A stretch of 32,000 nt of DNA from contig NC_013849.1 in the NCBI RefSeq assembly GCF_000025505.1, positions 630,001 through 662,000 of the forward strand. Direction: 5' to 3'. Made by a program: the position numbers and the translations under genes. The stretch is from Ferroglobus placidus DSM 10642. GTDB taxonomy: Archaea; Halobacteriota; Archaeoglobi; Archaeoglobales; Archaeoglobaceae. Positions 28,182 through 32,000 of the stretch are shown here, one piece after another. The notes under the pieces are model-generated. The model searched no databases. It was not told the origin of the DNA and saw nothing but the letters and a program-made list of their open reading frames with translations. Each line of letters begins with the position of its first letter. Within the stretch, counting starts at the first letter, position 1.

Positions 28182-29095
28182 GCTCCAAGCTCTTTTCTGA
28201 GTTCGCCGATAGTGGCTCTTCTCTCAGCTATAACGTCATGCTGGTGAATGCTTTCTTCGTTAAGCTGTCTCAAATACACCTCCGCATCGTCCGGAGCATC
28301 TTTAAACGTTTCGACCAAAGCTTTTGCCATCTGCCTCACGCTGTCCTCGACGAACATGGGCTTGAAGTGGGCTTTTTCTACAACCTCGAGCTCGTCAGTT
28401 CTTTTCAAAATTTCGAAAACCTCGTAGCTCATGGAACTTTTAGCTATTCTAATGAGGTCTTCTATTCTCGGTCTGAACTCTCTTCTGGATTCCACCATGA
28501 TCAGAGCTCTACCCCTCTGATTGTGGGAAGCAAACGGAATAAGCTTCACGACTTCCGAAAGCTCCTCTTCGCTGAGTATTTTTTCCAGTTTTCTCACAGT
28601 ATTCGCTCTAACAAGCTCTTGAGCGCAAGGGCAAACTGTGATTCCGTAAACTTCCACACCTATCATCACTTTCTCTTCTCCGCTCCTCCTCTTTCTGGCG
28701 TTGCAGAATATGTTAACGACTTCCTGCGTTTTTATTTCCGACGCCGGCGTTCTTTTCCTCATTATGAGTTCAGCACTCATCCTCACCTCTGCCTCATCAG
28801 CATATTCGTGCCTTATAAGAAGCTCGTCGGTCATCCTCAAAACGAGGTCTTCGACGTTCTCCACCGGCTCCCAAGTCATTCTCTCTATGACTTCATCCAC
28901 AGCCTCAAAGTTCCTGCTCAAATTCACTCCTTTTCTGCTCGATGGCAAATTGACAAAAACGTCGAAGGTGGAGATTAGTATGATCGGTCTTTTCCCTTCC
29001 CTCTTAACCTGAACGAGCTTTTTTATCCCTCTCGCCCCAACCCTGCTCAATCCTATCGGTATCTCCGGCTCAAGCGTTTGTACATCTGGTAGCAT
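28178..29095 (-). CDS. mptA: GTP cyclohydrolase MptA/FolE2 family (methanopterin biosynthesis)
   Basis: '[22 protein letters not shown]', '[17 protein letters not shown]' and '[16 protein letters not shown]...[25 protein letters not shown]'. Confidence 0.92.
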   Translation of the reverse strand: MLPDVQTLEPEIPIGLSRVGARGIKKLVQVKREGKRPIILISTFDVFVNLPSSRKGVNLSRNFEAVDEVIERMTWEPVENVEDLVLRMTDELLIRHEYADEAEVRMSAELIMRKRTPASEIKTQEVVNIFCNARKRRSGEEKVMIGVEVYGITVCPCAQELVRANTVRKLEKILSEEELSEVVKLIPFASHNQRGRALIMVESRREFRPRIEDLIRIAKSSMSYEVFEILKRTDELEVVEKAHFKPMFVEDSVRQMAKALVETFKDAPDDAEVYLRQLNEESIHQHDVIAERRATIGELRKELGA

Positions 29096-29156
29096 CGAAT
29101 TGCACTCTTCAAGATTCTATTTAAGGTTACCGAATTCTTTCAATTGAAATAAAAAT

Positions 29157-31343
29157 TTAGGATAAGAAATCTTCGGGTTTCGGAATTTCGAGCTTCAGTC
29201 CTTTTCTCTTTCTGACTTCCATTATGAACTCTTCAACGAGGTTCGGCGGAACCGGCTCAAAGCCAGCAAATTCCGTGCTCCATATCGCCTTACCCGAAGT
29301 TGCGCTTCTTATCGCTCCGGCAAAGCCGAACATTTCCTTTACCGGAGCTTTAGCTACTATCGTCACCATGTCTCCTTCGGTGTTTATCTCGAGTATCTGC
29401 CCTCTCCTTCCCTGCAACTCTCTCGTCACGTTTCCGAGCATGTCCTGAGGAACGGTTATGAAGACCTTCTGGTAAGGTTCGAGCAACGTCGGCTTCGCTT
29501 GAAGCATCGCAGCGAATATAGCCGATCTCACAGCTGGAATAACCTGAGCCGGTCCTCTGTGAACGGCATCTTCGTGAAGCTTCGCATCAACAAGCTTAAC
29601 CTTCAACCCCATGCAGGGCTCTCTTGCCAAAGGTCCGGCTCTCATCGCATCCCTGAAACCTTCGAGAATGAGCTCCATGGTCTCGTTTAGGTACTGCAAA
29701 CCTTTCGTTACGTCTACGAATATGTTTCCTTCGAAATACTCCTGCACGCCGGCAGCCTCCTCTCCGCTTAATCCAGCCTCTGTCAGTATTTTCCTCTTCG
29801 TGCTCTTGTCCGTCTTCCTCAAATCGATAAGTCCCTCTTTGAAAACCCTTATTACTTCAGGCGGACATGGCTCCACGACGATGTAGAACCTGTTGTGCTT
29901 GTTCGGAGACTTTCCTTCTACGACCGGCGAAGTCGTCGTGACGGTCTCTCTGAAAACAACTATCGGTGGAGAAGTTACGACTTCAAGTCCGTACTCTCTC
30001 CTTATCTTTTCAACCTTAACCTCTAAGTGCAGCTCTCCCATTCCGCTTATTAAGTGCTCTCCGGTCTCTTCGTTCAGAGTTACTTGCAGCGTTGGGTCTT
30101 CCTTAGCAAGCTTCCTCAAAACTTCTATGAGCTTTGGCAAGTCTCTCGGGTTTTTAGCTTCAATAGCCATCGTCACAACCGGCTCGCTGAAGTGCTGTAT
30201 GGACTCGAAAGGCTCCATATCCTCAACTGATGTGCATGTCGATCCGGCAGCCGCATCTCTTAATCCAACAACCGCCACTATGTTTCCAGCCGGAACTTCC
30301 TCAACTTCCACTCTCTTCGGTCCCATGAACAGTCCTACCGTCTGCACTCTGTTTTTGGTCTTCCTGTCTATGATGTAGAGGTCCATTCCCGGCTTTAGCG
30401 TTCCGCTGAAAAGCCTTCCTACGGCTATCTCTCCAGCGTGAGGATCTGCGACGATCTTCGTTATCATTAAAGCTACCGGTCCTTTGGGATCGCAGTTGAG
30501 CATAGCCTGTCCAACCTTGCTGTTTATGTCTCCCTTCCATATCGTCCTTATTCTCTCCTTCTGAGCCTCTATCGGCGAAGGCAAGTGCTTTACGACCATG
30601 TCAAGAACGACAACGTGAAGCGGGCTCTTCTTCGCCAAAGTCTTCCAGTCGTCGCTCTGCAAGTATTCGTAAACTTCCTTGAATCCTACTCCCGTTTCCT
30701 TCATCGACGGAACGCTCACTGCCCAGTTGTAGAGAGCTGAGCCGAAAGCCACGCTTCCGTTAGTAACGTCAAGCTTCCACTCGTTGTACTTCTCCGGCTT
30801 CATCACTTTAATGAGCTTGTTTACCTCGGTGATAACCTTCAACAACCTCTTCTGCATTTCCTCAGGAGTAACTTCCAACTCCCTTATGAGTCTGTCAACC
30901 TTGTTTATGAACAGAACGGGCTTTACGTTTTCTCTCAAAGCTTGTCTGAGCACAGTTTCTGTCTGAGGCATCACACCTTCTACTGCATCAACAACCACGA
31001 TGACCCCATCGACAGCTCTCATCGCTCTCGTTACTTCTCCTCCGAAGTCGACGTGTCCTGGAGTGTCTATGAGGTTGATCAGGTATTCTTTCCCCTTGTA
31101 TTCGTGAACCATAGAAACGCTTGCAGCGTTTATTGTAATTCCTCTCTCCCTTTCCTGCTCGTCGAAGTCAAGATAAAGCTGCCTTCCAGCCAGCTCTTCG
31201 CTGATCATTCCAGCTCCGGCTAAGAGGTTATCTGAAAGCGTTGTTTTTCCGTGATCGATGTGAGCGACTATTCCCATGTTTCTGATTCTCTCCGGTTTGT
31301 ACATGAGTTCCTTGATCTTGTCAATCATTTTCTTCGCTCTCAT
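29157..31343 (-). CDS. fusA: Translation elongation factor 2
   Basis: '[33 protein letters not shown]', '[21 protein letters not shown]' and '[21 protein letters not shown]' (diphthamide loop). 728 aa, no intein. Confidence 0.98.
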   Translation of the reverse strand: MRAKKMIDKIKELMYKPERIRNMGIVAHIDHGKTTLSDNLLAGAGMISEELAGRQLYLDFDEQERERGITINAASVSMVHEYKGKEYLINLIDTPGHVDFGGEVTRAMRAVDGVIVVVDAVEGVMPQTETVLRQALRENVKPVLFINKVDRLIRELEVTPEEMQKRLLKVITEVNKLIKVMKPEKYNEWKLDVTNGSVAFGSALYNWAVSVPSMKETGVGFKEVYEYLQSDDWKTLAKKSPLHVVVLDMVVKHLPSPIEAQKERIRTIWKGDINSKVGQAMLNCDPKGPVALMITKIVADPHAGEIAVGRLFSGTLKPGMDLYIIDRKTKNRVQTVGLFMGPKRVEVEEVPAGNIVAVVGLRDAAAGSTCTSVEDMEPFESIQHFSEPVVTMAIEAKNPRDLPKLIEVLRKLAKEDPTLQVTLNEETGEHLISGMGELHLEVKVEKIRREYGLEVVTSPPIVVFRETVTTTSPVVEGKSPNKHNRFYIVVEPCPPEVIRVFKEGLIDLRKTDKSTKRKILTEAGLSGEEAAGVQEYFEGNIFVDVTKGLQYLNETMELILEGFRDAMRAGPLAREPCMGLKVKLVDAKLHEDAVHRGPAQVIPAVRSAIFAAMLQAKPTLLEPYQKVFITVPQDMLGNVTRELQGRRGQILEINTEGDMVTIVAKAPVKEMFGFAGAIRSATSGKAIWSTEFAGFEPVPPNLVEEFIMEVRKRKGLKLEIPKPEDFLS

Positions 31344-31348
31344 TTACA

Positions 31349-31933
31349 TCACCTCGCTGATTTGGCGACTCTCTCGACTTCCTCTTTCTTGGCTATAGCG
31401 TAGCTTCTGCTCTCGTTGTTTGCAGCAGCAATTATTTCATCAGCTAAAGCCTGAGCGATGCTTTTCTTGGATTTGAAGGCTGCGAGTCTTGCACCTTCCG
31501 CGATGTTCCTCAAAGCGACATCGAGCCTTCTCAAGCTTGAAGTGTCTACAGCCTTGGGAACGGCAATACCTCCGTACTTTAGCCTAACAACCTCTTCTCT
31601 CGGACCAGCGTTAACGAGAGCGTCAACCAGCACTTGAAGAGGATTCTTCTTCGTCCTCTTTTCTATTATTTCGAAAGCTTCCTTCACGATGTTGTAAGCA
31701 AGTATCTTCTTTCCGGTGTTTCTCCCCTTTCTCATTACCTTGTTTATCAGCCTCTCAACTATGAACACCTTCTGCTTTCCGAAGGGCTCTTTAGCGTGCC
31801 TTCCGTGGGTGTGGGGAACAACTCTCGGCTCTAAGCAGATGTAGTTCTTCAGAGCCGGGTCTTTAACCTCCACTTCAAAAGGATCGTACTTTCCGAATAC
31901 CAAAAGCTCTTCTTTGGTTAGCCCGTACTTCAT
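31349..31933 (-). CDS. rps7: 30S ribosomal protein S7
   Basis: 'RLINKVMRKGRNTGKKILAYNIVKEAFEIIEKRTKKNPLQVLVDALVNAGPREEVVRLKYGGIAVPKAVDTSSLRRLDVALRNIAEGA', archaeal S7. Confidence 0.97.
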   Translation of the reverse strand: MKYGLTKEELLVFGKYDPFEVEVKDPALKNYICLEPRVVPHTHGRHAKEPFGKQKVFIVERLINKVMRKGRNTGKKILAYNIVKEAFEIIEKRTKKNPLQVLVDALVNAGPREEVVRLKYGGIAVPKAVDTSSLRRLDVALRNIAEGARLAAFKSKKSIAQALADEIIAAANNESRSYAIAKKEEVERVAKSAR

Positions 31934-31937
31934 TAGA

Positions 31938-32000
31938 TCACCTCAGAGGCTTCTCCTTCTTACCCTTCCAGAGCTCCTTAAGGCTCGTTCTGTTCACCTT
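31938..32000 (-). CDS. rps12: 30S ribosomal protein S12, C-terminal end (partial)
   Basis: Reverse strand ends ...KVNRTSLKELWKGKKEKPLR*, the typical archaeal S12 C-terminus, immediately upstream of S7 as in the str operon. Confidence 0.85.
   Translation of the reverse strand, partial: KVNRTSLKELWKGKKEKPLR

Noticed and set aside
28238-28978. 246-aa ORF on the + strand inside mptA
   Set aside because: It is completely antisense to the strongly supported MptA coding sequence. Its translation is F/S/H-rich, typical of shadow ORFs.

Overview
This window is densely coded archaeal DNA. The gene content (CODH/ACS with cooC, formylmethanofuran dehydrogenase subunits, mer, mptA, S12-S7-EF-2) suggests an Archaeoglobales-type genome such as Archaeoglobus, Geoglobus or Ferroglobus; the lineage is inferred. 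The core is a C1/Wood-Ljungdahl island at about 1.8-12.2 kb: an Fe-S protein, fwdB, fwdD, cdhA, cdhB, cdhC, a 29-aa microORF, cooC, cdhD and cdhE. mer lies nearby at about 16 kb. Flanking genes include cupin-type phosphoglucose isomerase, a complete IS1-like insertion element with TIRs, an 8-bp TSD and a frame-broken transposase, threonine synthase, Taw3, AzlC/AzlD, a HEPN/MNT pair, pyruvate kinase, CopA with a divergent TRASH-domain regulator, two tandem family-III CoA-transferases (one lacking the catalytic Asp), a degenerate KaiC-like protein, S8e, a MoeA-type fusion, a membrane-anchored PLD-like protein, MptA, EF-2, S7 and the end of S12. I found no CRISPR array, tRNA or rRNA, and no clear novel defence system. 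The strongest leads are the CdhC-tail-like microORF between cdhC and cooC, the catalytic/non-catalytic CoA-transferase pair, the CdhE-like Fe-S domain in the fwd-linked ferredoxin, and the IS1-like element with a poly-A frame disruption.
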